DNA of 63,071 nt, filler included, from Lenisia limosa (Eukaryota > Protista > Breviatea), in the NCBI GenBank assembly GCA_001655205.1. It is 7 parts of 7 records of this genome, joined end to end, with 100 filler letters (N's around TTAATTAATTAA, not from the genome) between each part and the next. Parts side by side here need not be neighbours in the genome. Positions count along the whole stretch, not along the records: positions 1 to 27,307 come from LPNZ01011260.1; 6 more parts are not named here. One strand, given 5' to 3'. The notes beneath the pieces were generated by a model, which saw only the letters and a list, made by a program, of their open reading frames with translations, made no database searches and was not told the origin of the DNA. Position numbers and translations under genes: made by a program. Shown piece by piece: positions 12,598 through 25,301 of the stretch. Position 1 is the first letter of the stretch. Each line of letters begins with the position of its first letter.

Positions 12598-15097
12598 ATT
12601 TTCTTTTGATTTGTAAAGACACATGAACCACATCAATTATTCCAGAGTCAAATATCATAGTTTGTTTAGTAATCCGAGCATTTATTGCTCGAAAATAATT
12701 AACTCAAACGGTTCTTCGATTATTTATCTTGAACAATCTGTCCAGATGTAACTTTGACGACGTTTAAAACACTGATAATCGAAAAGACGGGATTGCTCCT
12801 AAAACCCCCATTCCGGATACATAATTATTGATGAATAATAGAAGTACTTGCCTTTCATTTTTCTGTACTTTTTTTTTGACAATTTTTAGCTGAAGAGGGT
12901 CATGTAGCCCCAGAATTTCTGAATACCATGTCCTTCTCCGAAATGCGCTTCAAGTGTATCGTAAGCCATCCTGGGGTTTCATTTGACAATCACATCGCAT
13001 TTTGTATCTTTTTTACACATGAATTATCATTTTCCACACAGTTACCGCATATCCACTCGTATGATAATTGACAGATAAGTATCAGTTGTTGTCTTTGTTC
13101 ATATTTTCGACTTGGAAGTCGGTCTCATGGTCAAATCACTGGGGATATGGGTTTACCTCTTGCACTCCCCCCCCCCCCCNNNNNNNNNNNNNNNNNNNNN
13201 NNNNNNNNNNNNNNNNNNNNNNNNNNNNNNNNNNNNNNNNNNNNNNNNNNNNNNNNNNNNNNNNNNNNNNNNNNNNNNNNNNNNNNNAACAGAGTTGATT
13301 TTTGGCTTCATTTTTTTTTTGTTTCTTAAATTCCCCCATCCCCCCTCCCCCACAGAGCAGCACATCCCGCAGCCTTCACTTTAAGACGTCTCACAGCGGC
13401 ACTCTCAGTTACGCTAAAACCGGAAGTGGAAGCATGACTGGAATCGGGGTGAGCTGTCCTGAGTGTTTTAAGGGAAAGGGCGAGGGGGGGGGGTGTCAAT
13501 GCAAGACGACAAAGTAAATGATATCAAAAAAACACCAGGGCTCCACTTTGGTCCGAAAAAGATCGGGTAAATATTCATATCATATACTCTATCCTTCTTT
13601 TGTTCAGTCTTCTTTTGCGTGATAGTGTTGACGGCCCTGGCCAGATACTGCCTTGTTACATTTTTTTTTTTTTTTGATAGCTACAGAATACATTGAACAT
13701 ATCGTTGGAATACGTAAATATGCTAATGGGGATACTGTGTAACAATATTTCATTTCTATATAAAACTTATTGATCAGTCGTCATACAGTGGTTTAACTGG
13801 CGATGAAGGACGATTGCCTGCAACTTCTAATGCGTACTACAGGTATGATAATTAGGGCTTCACTTTGGTAAAGCTCAATGAAACATGTATTCAAACTAGA
13901 GCTCTTTCCAATTAATTGTTGAACCAATTAATTAATTAATTGGCAATTAAAGCGGGAGACATTTTAACAATTTTATACAATTATTATTCTGGGGTGAACA
14001 AATGTAAAATTTTGAGTTTAATCGTTTCCGTGAGATTAGAGATTATTACCTGAATTCCTTGATAGGTCACAGCAATGTCGCTGTTTTACACCACTCTGTG
14101 AATCATCATCTAAATTAATGAAATTTAGCAATTTCTATGGGTGATTTTAGACTTGAAAACTATACTGTTTGACCAATACTTCAGGAAAAGTTAATACCTA
14201 GAAAACGACAAAATATTAATGTTTTCCAATCAATGTTCAACGGAAAAGCGGGCAAAATCCTAAAAAAACATTGTTTTCGCAATTTAAGTGGACTCACGCT
14301 TTAATTGGTGATTTTTTCATTTTTTTTTTTTTTTTTTNNNNNNNNNNNNNNNNNNNNNNNNNNNNNNNNNNNNNNNNNNNNNNNNNNNNNNNNNNNNNNN
14401 NNCAAACTCTATACTATGCTGTTTTGTTTTTCATCTCTATATTAAGTATTATGCCTATAAAATCATATGTAGGATTCATTCCTCCACGATAGCATAAAAA
14501 GGAACTTGAGTAACATGTGTGTAAAACAATAATAATAACTAAAACTTCGAATCGCGATGCTGGTCTTTTAATCATTTTTAGCAACTACGGGAAGAGGGCC
14601 CTTGTGTCCTATCCAATGTATATCTCTGCTTCTGAGCATCACTGGGCGGTATGTAGGAGGTCCATCATTATGATGTAAATGCTCATTTCTATTTTTCTTC
14701 TCTTTCAGATTGACAATCGTTGGAATCAAATAATACAATAGATTGGACAGCTTGCTGATGGAGGGGCGGTTTACTACTACTCCTGCAACGACTCCGATGA
14801 TCTCCATGCTGATGTTGGCTACCACTGGATTGTATGAGGGTAGTCACAACAGTGTCGCTTTAAAAAGCAGCTTTCCTTTTAAACACAGATTAATTGTTGG
14901 CTCTTCAAATTTTCCCAAATTATCTGTGAGATGTCTTACCCTTCAGGTTTATGTCCGATAATACAGAGTCTTGTTATGTTATACTTGATGTATTGATGTG
15001 TAATCTTTCTGGGAATGTGAAAACTTTAATCCGTTGACAAAGGAGCACCTTGAGTCACAAGAGTACATTATACAAGCACCAAAAAGAATAAATAGGT

Positions 15098-16336
15098 TTA
15101 AAGAGAGTTGATGGCACCGATGGTCTCTTCAACTGAGGACTTGAAGACGGTAAGGAAGCTGAGTCGTCAGATGGATAAAATAAAATAAAAGAAGAAGAAA
15201 ACGAGTATGCAACTCCATACTCGTTAAGACCCTCGAGGTTCTTAAGGATGGCCTTCTTGCAATTTTCACGCTGGGAAGCATCGGTCTCGATAGACATCTG
15301 AATCGTAAAGGGCATCAGTTACCAATGAAATGATTACTAGGCAATCGATCACAAATGAACATATTACGATTCACCGAAAAATAAAGCTCAAAATCCGCAT
15401 CAGGACTTAGCGCGGTCCCTGTACATATCCAGAATTCATCCGGCTTACGGAGTCGAAGAGCTCCTTGAGGTTGTTAGCGTTGGCCTCGAGGGTAGCCTTC
15501 TCCGCGGGCTTGGCTTTAGTGGCCTTGGCGGCGGCTTTGTCGGCATCAGATCCGGCCTTGGCTACGAATGTCAGTATTGACGGGGCATTTTGGTGGGTGG
15601 TTAAGGGTTGTATTGATGATGTTGTCCATGGTTGGAACATGATGGCAGGTGGTGGTCAGTTCCGAAACAATCAAGCGGACCAATCGCGAAGACACGTAAT
15701 GGAGAAGCATTGGAAGAAACCGAAAAGAAACCCCAAATACAAAGCTTAATAATACAAAACGACAAAAAAAAGATAGTAAATCATTACATCAATTGACGTG
15801 ATCATGATCATTTACTGGAATGATTCAATTCAGGGAATGTGAGAGAGGCATGGGGACCCACAGAGCTTCTTCTTGGACTCGAGGACCTCATCAAAAGTCT
15901 CAACAGTGCCATTTCTGGTTTCGCAGAGAGCGGAGGCGGCCTCGAAGACGGTGTTGGCGGATTGGGCCATCTGTAAAGGTCAGCAAACAGGGACAAAAGG
16001 CTGAATTCTTACGTTTCCAGCAGTGGCTTCCCAGTCAGGAAGGTCAGTAGCACAGAAAGCCTAAATGATGATGATTTTAAACATGGAAATTCCGCTTGGA
16101 TCACATGTTTGCCTTTAATCCGCAATGAATTTCCAGAGCAGCAACAAACCTGGAAAGAAATGGCACTTTCGCGGTACTTGTTGGCAGTGTTGGAAAGAGA
16201 AGTGGTAACTCCCTTTTCAGCAATGATAACATTGGCGAAGTCTAATGAAGAGTTAAATTCCGATTCTTGTAATTACAGACAAACCCTTGTTGGCTCCGGT
16301 CTTGGAGTCCTTGAAAAGTGCGGCCTTTTTCATCAT
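15098..16336 (-). CDS. About 183-aa all-helical BAR-domain protein, Pil1/Lsp1 (eisosome)-like, multi-exon
   Basis: Phase-consistent splice product: MMKKAALFKDSKTGANKDFANVIIAEKGVTTSLSNTANKYRESAISFQAFCATDLPDWEATAGNMAQSANTVFEAASALCETRNGTVETFDEVLESKKKLSKAGSDADKAAAKATKAKPAEKATLEANANNLKELFDSMSIETDASQRENCKKAILKNLEGLNDFLTVFKSSVEETIGAINSL*. Strong C-ending codon bias. The CDS is well supported; the family call rests on a manual alignment to remembered yeast Pil1/Lsp1. Confidence 0.7.
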
Positions 16337-16709
16337 CTTGACTGGTTTTTAGTTAAAGTATGTCATTTTTTTATAATACAATTTACTAAAATACTAATAA
16401 TGCAACTACTGTTAATAATGTAATATATATTCACAGTTGTTCAGCTACTTCAGCGCTTCAGCTTCCGACCAGAAAAATCGTTCATATCACCTTCAACTGC
16501 TCCTGTCTTTCCAAGTCAAAATGAAGAAAGTGCAACCAATGGCTTGGCCGTGTTCAAATCCTCTTATTTTTTCCGATGTTCAACCAGGAGAAGTTATTGC
16601 TGTCAGTTGGGTGTCAAATACAGATCTCACAGTTTTCTTTTTTGTTTTTACACGTAAAGTCTCTATTGAAACAAGGATATTTTTCTTCATTCCTCTTCTT
16701 ATTGTTTAG

Positions 16710-19700
16710 AAAACCATGAGGACCGTCTCTGAACACTCTGAGGAACTCTCTTCTACCTTACGTGAGCCTTTTTATCATTCGTCCCATCGAGAGTCGGGGG
16801 CAGTTGTTATAATTGGGCGAATTATTATTTTATTTTTTAAATAATACCCCTTGTTTATAGCGGTGTTGAGCGAACTTGATGGCGGACTTTTGCGATTTGT
16901 AACCGAGGCGGCTGCAGCATCATCCAAGGTTTGACACTAGCGTATAGTTTGTGCTTCACTCTGGTCCGAAAAAGACTGGTAAATATCGATGTTTTTCGAG
17001 GATTATTCCAGAAATTCTTATTTGCCGAAGTAAAGCCCCAAATCCTACCATTTGACCAAATATTTGAGTCGAAATGTAGAACGGAGAAAGTGCAAATCGT
17101 GCGGGTATGATTTTTAAACTTTTTAATGCTCTGCCTTTTCTTGCATAACTGGATTTTCGGAAAGCAGGATGTGTACAGTTTATTGTTTTTACTCTAATAC
17201 ATTGAAAGTCAATTTTCCTGGGCCTTTTTCCAGAGTTTTTTTCAGAAATCTTCTATTGTTTCCATGTCTTTGTTTTGTAAAGTTTGAAACCTTTTTGTGT
17301 TGTCTTCTGATATGGTATTTAGGCTGAAACGGAAACAATTTCAACTGCCGAGTGGGTGAAGAGGATGGAAAAGGCCCAAGTCAAAAAAGCTGAGGAACAA
17401 GAGTTATCACGGTATGTAAAGGGTAATGCATTGTGGATTGAAGTGCTCTATATAGTCTAGAGTCTATAGATCTCCAACAATTGACCAAAAGTTTGGCGCT
17501 ATACAGGGTTAAAGCAGGATGGTAATTGGAACATTGGCTCGGATTTTTTTCAATTTTCTCTAAGATTGACGCATATTGTACGTGATTTACCAAAACTTGG
17601 AGTCTTTCAAACTAAAGTAACCTGGAAGTAACGGGTGGATATTATCAAAAAGTAATTCGTTTCAAAAGATGGCGTCTTAGAACAATTTTCTAATAGCATC
17701 CGTGTCATATTTCTGAACTACCACCCTGCTTTCAGTCTTGACCTACTTGCTCAATGATTTCCCCAGGATAATCGGTGAATACTAATCCCAGTGACTGTAT
17801 GGAATCTTGTCACTATTTAGGTTCAATCCCCCAGCGCCGAAGTTTCGTCGGGTGTCTAGTTTTGGAACTCGCTGTTTCGGGTAGAGAACCGGAGGGATGC
17901 TGCTAAGACTTACTTCTGACTTGCCTCATGTTTCCTTTGAAGTAGTGAAAATCTGCTGACCTACTTTTACCAGATTCATAGCTTTCGTTTTCTTTTCAAT
18001 TTCTTTTTTTTATTATTTATCTATTCCATTACAATTCCATTCCCAGGTGCAATGGGCACGTCTGTTAAGCTATTACACTTTTAGTTTTATTTTTGAATTT
18101 TTGATGCAAATTGGTTGATAGTTATATAGTTATACAGTTATGTAGTTGTGCAGCAAATGTGCAGCAAATGTGCAGAGTTATGGGAGCATAGGGGCATTTC
18201 GGGGGAAGGGGGAGGAGGGTGGTGAACAAAAAACCTGAGCCCCTAGGTTAATAAAATATAAATACATAATTGGTTGGCTTTGCATTCAATTTTCATTTGC
18301 TTACTGTCACCTCAAAATATCTATCTTTTTTTGTTGATGCAGATTTGNNNNNNNNNNNNNNNNNNNNNNNNNNNNNNNNNNNNNNNNNNNNNNNNNNNNN
18401 NNNNNNNNNNNNNNNNNNNNNNNNNNNNNNNNNNNNNNNNNNNNNNNNNNTTTTATTTGATTCATTTTAGCAAAGTTGTTGTGAAATACGGAAGAAATAA
18501 AGCTTTATACTCCCTTTTTTTTTGTCACTCTTTTTCCTGGGTACCCTACGGGCTCTTCTTGTCTAAAAAGCTGTTATTAATAGTGTAGAAGTAATGTAAC
18601 AATCAGTTTTCTTGAATTTCACATCCCCCATAATTGCCTTCACCTTTATTACAGGTTGATCCTACTTGAGGTGCTTCACCTCTTATTTAAGTGACTCTTC
18701 TAGTGTACGTTCGTGAAGAAGAAAGCTATTTGGCAAACTTGGCTTGAAGTAGACCGTTGGCAACATGGTTAGCGGGTGTAAAATTGCTATCTATTGTCAA
18801 CTGTTCAAAAAGGTTCGGGCAATTGTATTAGTCCCATGCAGAAATCCCATTATGAAAACATATACTGACCTCAATGGTTATTTTAAGATCACCATGACAA
18901 AAATTTACCTTTATTAGTGGAATTTTATTATTTTTATAAGACCCCCTCCTCCTTACCTTTCTTTATCCCTCCGCTAATCAGCGCAATGCCACCCGAATTA
19001 CATCTCAGAATGCTAATGAACTGGACTATTGTGCCAGACTACAGGGAAAAGCATTACTCGAGTACCTCTTGCAGCCCATTGGCGGTGTTGAAATGGTATG
19101 TGGTTGTTTGCTGCGATTTATTTCAGTTCCCAATGTGGTTATAAGAGCGTAAATTTCATGAAGGGTTCCAAAAGACCCACAAATATATCTATCCAAGAAA
19201 CCGCTTTTATTTAGAATAAGATGGTCCATTTTGTACTGGTGTTCTTCTCGTTTTGTTACGGACAATATGATGCTCTATCATTTCATTTGTTTCTCTCTGG
19301 CTTTATCAGTCTTTTGGGTCAGACCACTTGGGAAGAAGTAAATGTTTCAAACTACATATTATAAACTTGATAAAACAAGCGTTATGCCAGCTTTTACTGT
19401 ATCCTCGCTTGCCTTTCCAAAAGTCATTTTGAATTAGAGCTTCACTTTCGGTTCCGAAACACCTGTCAAATATCGATATTTGTCGAGGATTTATCGAGAA
19501 TTAAGTCTTTTTTGAAACCGAAAGTGAAGCCCTGTTTCAAATACAGCTTATCCTGATTCAGTCTTTTTGGAGACGACAATGAGCATAAGCTTTTATCTCA
19601 TTCTTTTGTCGGGTATGGAACAAATGTTATACTCTTTAGGGATGCGCACTATACCATCGGCTTAACTTGACATCCGTGAAATCAGTAATGGAAGCTATCA

Positions 19701-19780
19701 ACCTCTTTAACGGCTGTGATTATACTGACATCTTTTTCCTCGGGCCACCTGACTTATACAATGACTACAATTCAACGTAT
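16710..19780 (+). CDS. Uncharacterised multi-exon gene (partial model)
   Basis: Phase-consistent exons KTMRTVSEHSEELSSTL, PVLSELDGGLLRFVTEAAAASSK and AETETISTAEWVKRMEKAQVKKAEEQELSR. A further exon at ~18981-19106 reads RNATRITSQNANELDYCARLQGKALLEYLLQPIGGVEM. Confidence 0.4.
19437..19532. mobile_element. MITE family B (~95 bp, GGGCTTCAC termini, Harbinger/Tourist-like), representative copy
   Basis: TIR GGGCTTCACTTTCGGTCCGAAAAAGAC...GTCTTTTTCGAACCGAAAGTGAAGCCC with core ATATCGATATTT..CGAGGATTTATCGAG. Copies or fragments at ~4575-4621, 8915-9008, 9270-9359, 10019-10116, 13538-13570, 16953-17039, 20545-20598, 23484-23545, 46897-46975, 50145-50240, 51248-51315, 54325-54418, 57188-57242 and 59203-59289. 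Confidence 0.8.
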
Positions 19781-21073
19781 GCTGGGGAGGCACGAATTAT
19801 TGGGTGTTCCATTATCCAATCTACCTGATAAAGGTGATGGTATGGACAGCTTCGGAGCCCTTATTTCATTTCATCTCCATAAATATACAATCCAATGTTA
19901 GGGATAAGGGATGATTATAAAAACCGCCGCCTTCGGTTTGGGAAAACAAACTAATATCATCTGCAGACTCATCAACTGCTGAATTTTCATCAATAATGTA
20001 ATAGTAATGCCATCTTAAGTATATTTCAACATAAGCCAGTATTTCCAAAGGATGATTGTGTCGGCTCAGGCCCGATACTACTTTGTTTTTTAATTCACAT
20101 TTATACATAATATTTATCATAAATATTCCAAAGAAAGATTTTTTGATAGTCATTATTGAAGAGCAATAGAACCTATTTCTGAGTGGACCATTTTGACCTA
20201 TTAGATTCAAGGAGCAAAGAGAAAGTACACATGAAACCACCAGGAGTAAATGCAATCCCCCCGAAGACAGAAAAATTACAATGAAGGACCCCAATTTCGA
20301 TTTGTCTGACCCACAATGCCAAAAGATTCATATTAGGTAGGGCGTTTTAGAAATTAGAACTCCTTTGTCGAGATTCATCAAGGATTTATCGAGGAATTCA
20401 ATTTTTTTTTTTCATTAAACAAGAAGTGAAAAGAGGATATTGGATATTAGATATTTTTCTTATTTTCTACCAAATTTATTGTTTCGAGACATAATCATTG
20501 ATCTACACGAGCTTAATCATGGGTTGCAAAATGACCAAATTCTCAAGAACTCGATAAATATCGAAATTTTATAGTTTTGGAACCGAAATTCAAGCTCTAC
20601 TTTGTAGCCCTAAATTTAGGACTTTCAAATGTTTTGTAGTATTTTTGCTTTTTCTGAAGCTATGTGCATTTAAAAATATCGATAAAATATCAAGGTTTTT
20701 TTGAGACATTCTGTGGTTTTTGGGAGTTTTGAACCCTGGCGCTAACAAAACAGACGCCACGCTTCCGATGTTCCGATAGGTGAACGGCTGTACTCTATCC
20801 ACAAGCGTCGTTGGAGGCAACAGACTGGCTTCGAAGCTGTTGACTAGTGGGGAGGGGGGAGTAAAATTAAAAATTTTCTGAAACAAAAAAACCCAAATCA
20901 ACTCTGTTGGCTGACAACACACGAGGGTTGATATCGATTTGCTGGAATAGTGATCAGCACCGCATCAGCCTTGATGAAGATATGGCTTGACTATATTTTC
21001 GTATTTTATTATTTCCGGAGAACAATAAGTGAAGCTAAAAGTAAGCACTATGTACTTCACTGACCTATGACAG

Positions 21074-23348
21074 CCTCCATGCAAGAATCAACTCAATAAG
21101 AGCAACACCACCATCTCTTGACAAGCAGATTCTGATTCCTGATCTTGATCAGGTTTGAGTTTTTTTTATTTGTGTTCCCGTACAATTTAGTTTTTAAAGA
21201 ATTTAATTGCCAAAATTTGAAATGAAATCTGAAATGTAATTGCCATGATAAGTCTCACTTCAAATTTTGAGTAAATTTTTAATCTATTGCACTCTTTGCC
21301 CAGGCTTTGGATCAATATGGTACTGATTTGATACAGATTTTGTTCTTAAAAAGAGTAATCGTGATAAATTCTCTGTTACCATTGTGTGCTAAAATTGAAC
21401 TCTAATAGTATATCATATATTGATATTAACCTATAACCGAAGGTGACTCTCTAATGAATATTCTTTACTTGCCTTTGACTTAGACTGCAGCCGGATATTT
21501 ATGATTCCAGTTTTTAAAGCGACTTTTCTCTTTATCATCCGAGTTTCTTGAGACTTTTTTTTCTTTTTGATCCTATTTTCTATTAGTACTACCGCAACAA
21601 TCTATTTTTACGTTCCAGAATACTTTTATGGATCCAATGTTGGCAGCACATTTGCTGTCACAGTCCCCAATAGTGGAGAGTGTCCAGCCCCTGATACCTC
21701 CAAGTTCTTCCAATGAAGACATTCCATTGTGGGTACTCTATGATATTTAGATGTATTAAAAATGAGTTTTGAAGACGGTTGGGGGGATATAGAATATAAT
21801 GTACTGTTTTACAAATGATAAATTTGATAAAAGTGGATTTTCAATCATGTCTTTTTGTATCATAAAAGCCAGGAAATTCATAATAATCTAGTGTACAACA
21901 GAGAATACAAATGAGGATATCATAATCACTTTATTCTTAAGAACTATTTGAGTGGGAGGACATTAGGCGGGGGGGCATCACAACTTCTGATGCAGAAGCC
22001 ACTGGCCATCTGCTTCTTGGTAATTTTCAAACCTTGAGTTTTTCAAACGCCAAATACAAGAAAAACAGAGAGTGTTGGGTTTGTTTGTTTCATAGATATT
22101 TTTTTCATATTAAATTCCCATAGCTGCAACATGGAAGGGCAAACGCTGATGCCCACTGATTTCCTGAGTACCACTGGGTCGCAAATGGACGGAATGGTGT
22201 ATAGTGATGACGGGCTCGAATTCGAGAGGTCTGAGCTTGCGAGATTTGACTCCGTTTGTAACTCCCCCGCACTGCTGGCCAGTGTGGCTTCTTCTTTCGA
22301 CACCAATGTCTCGGATCCGGGCACGTCATCGTCTCCCGGGGCCCAGATGTCTTATTATCACACTGCAAGTCCTCCACTTCACGCCCAGGTGGGTTGGGTT
22401 ACGTTGGACTATTTTTCCAACTTTGATGGTAAATAAATCTTACTTCCTCTGTGGGACTGCCCAATTGTATTCTGAATATAATTGTTACAATTTTTCCAAC
22501 CTCTTTTTAAATTTCTCTGATGGATAAATCATATGATAGATTTCATCTAAAATGGAATCTTCAGTGAATCAGAGAAATTCAAAAAGAGGTAGGGAATGAA
22601 AGAATAGGGGATGCACTTTCATTTCCTACCTCTTTTTTGAATCTCTGATTTCACTGATGAAGAAACCATATGATAGAACTCATCTTCTATGGATTTCTCA
22701 ACACTTTTATCTATTTTTTGATTGTGTGGGGCTTTGGCCAAATACAACCTATTGTAATTTACTATCTATACATATTGTTTTCTGTCTGCATTGTACTGTT
22801 GCCAAGCCTCCCCAATCTCCTGCTTTTATTGAACATAATTGGTTGAACCTATTGTTATGGTAGAATTTTGAATGAGCTCCCCGTTACGGCAATATTCTTC
22901 ATCGAAATTTCCTTCGTTTACCCCCCCCCCCCNNNNNNNNNNNNNNNNNNNNNNNNNNNNNNNNNNNNNNNNNNNNTGTTAAGTGTGATGTCTAGGCAAA
23001 GCGACGACTTTCGGAATCGCAAAATGGGAAAATTGTTGAACAAGTCAGAAGATCAGAAAGGTACAAGGGTGGTCAGTGAGGATAATGAAGTTGGTGAAAA
23101 TGAAGGTGATGAAGATGGTTAAGGTGATGATGGTGAAAATGATAAAAATGGAGAAGAGTCAAGGTTGGTTGATAAGTCCCTAATCCTATCATTGAGTTGT
23201 TGTGTATTTCTATATTTTCTCTTGGGCAAAGTTAACTTTTCAGCCCTGAAATTGCGCGTTTAGAAGAGAAGATTCACATACTCCAAGTCAAACTGGATAG
23301 TTGGAGGGGATGTTGGATCGATAATCTACATTCGATCACCTTTGAGTG
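21074..23348 (+). CDS. Uncharacterised multi-exon gene with a Ser-rich region and C-terminal coiled coil
   Basis: Exons LHARINSIRATPPSLDKQILIPDLDQ; 22124-22388 CNMEGQTLMPTDFLS...SYYHTASPPLHAQ; AKRRLSESQNGKIVEQVRRSE; PEIARLEEKIHILQVKLDSWRGCWIDNLHSITFE*. Confidence 0.4.
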
Positions 23349-23637
23349 ATTGCCCTCTGTGTATTTTAATACCAAGTTTACAATATGGGACAATATCAAC
23401 ATTCATTCCCGTAAATGTACTGGAGCCTTCTCGGAATCTGGCTAAAGCTGGGTTTACATTAACTATTAATTATAGCCTAATTAGGGCTTCCCTGCTGTCC
23501 CAAAAATTATTAAATTTCTCAATAAATCCTCGATAAATATCGACGTAGGGAATAATAATCCACCTCATCATTTTCTTCACCTTTCCAACAGTTTTTTATT
23601 TGAAATACTATTCTATATATAAATTCTTACTATTTAG

Positions 23638-24639
23638 AGAAAAATTGTTCGAGCTCACTGTCTCTCAGTGACATCGGATCGGGAGATTCTTTGAACTTCA
23701 AAGAAGATCATTGGAAGGTAGGCGTTTCTTCAGTACTTGAATGGTATAATTGCTTAATATGTTCACCCATATCCACTAGTGATATGATATGATCATATGA
23801 CCGACTTTTGGGTCAAATGATGAACGAAGGTGTGTCATTGAGACTTGTCGGTCAACTATCATATGAGTGGAAATAAGGTAATTACTACGTGTAAAATGAT
23901 AATCACAAATTAAGAAAACGATCAAAAACACTATTAAAAAGTTCTTGATAACTATTTGAATTTAATCTCATATTCGCTAGAAATGATGATTGAAATAATG
24001 TGATTAACTTGCCAAGGTCGTTGAAGCAATGGACAGTGGGAGACACTCTGCTATTCTGGTTCTTGTTGATGAAGAGCAAAGGACAGCGCTTGACCGATGC
24101 TGCAACTACAAGTTTGTATCATACAAATGTGCAATTTCAGAGGGCCGCACGTTTCCTCAGAAAAAGCCCCGTGTTGTCGTTATGCACCTTAAAACGTTTA
24201 TGGAGTATCAAGAGTAGGTTACATTTGGACTTGGCACTAGGGCTTCCTTCCCTATAGTCTGAAAAAAGTCCGGTAACATTTCGATTTTCAATGAAGATTT
24301 CCAGATTTATTTTTTTGGAACATTGGGAAGCACTTGTCACATTTTTCTTCTTATTGTTTTCCCGGTAATCTTTGAGTCTTGGTGATTAATCACCATTACT
24401 GCGCCTGAGTCTGATTTTGTAGAGGAGGTTGTGACGTACAATACTTCGACTCAATTATTGCCTTCTGTGTCAATGACGTTGGCGGGGCCAGCTGGATTCT
24501 GTGTCCAAATAACTTTGTCACAAATATGATCTTTGTTCCAAATATTACCATACCAAGAAAATGTATTTATCTTCTAGAATCTTCTCAATCTGGTGAAGAA
24601 AGAGAAAATCAATGTCCAAGCTTTTTGCAGAAAACGTAG
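23638..24639 (+). CDS. Uncharacterised multi-exon gene
   Basis: Exons VVEAMDSGRHSAILVLVDEEQRTALDRCCNY, GRTFPQKKPRVVVMHLKTFMEYQE and GGCDVQYFDSIIAFCVNDVGGASWILCPNNFVTNM..., bounded by GT-AG. Confidence 0.4.
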
Positions 24640-25301
24640 GCAAACTCTGTTTTGTTTCAATATCACTACGGCGCATTGACTTGTGATTCTTGTGAAACCG
24701 TTTGAATTCCCATATTTTACATGGGAATCCCATGGAATTTTATAGAGATTTGAAGAAATCTATGGGATTTCAATNNNNNNNNNNNNNNNNNNNNNNNNNN
24801 NNNNNNNNNNNNNNNNNNNNNNNNNNNNNNNNNNNNNNNNNNNNNNNNNNNNNNNNNNNNNNNNNNNNNNNNNNNNNNNNNNNNNNNNNNNNNNNNNNNN
24901 NNNNNNNNNNNNNNNNNNNNNNNNNNNNNNNNNNNNNNNNNNNNNNNNNNNNNNNNNNNNNNNNNNNNNNNNNNNNNTTTTAGAGATATGATGTGAATAT
25001 ATTTCATTGTTTGAATTCAATCAGATTTCATCCAGATACCATTTGGAAGAGCTGAAAATCCAAAGTCGGTGCTCCAATAGATATATAAAAGAAGGTCATA
25101 GTATACTATATCAGACTGGGATCGAATCACCGCCCCCGCCCAGCCCCAAAGTTGATATGCCGTTGAATAAGAAGTTTGAAAATTGCATATTATCAGAAAT
25201 ATGACATAAGTGGAAACATCAAAACGCTAAAAAACATGGTCACACAAACCACTGCCTAAGAAAAGAAAATTAAAAACCTAATCCGAACCTCCTCCCTCCC
25301 C

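Noticed and set aside
15573-15592. Apparent 20-nt intron giving an MPPK start
   Set aside because: The acceptor joins in phase with the upstream exon (…KKKL|SKAGSD…) of the BAR gene, so no tiny intron is needed.
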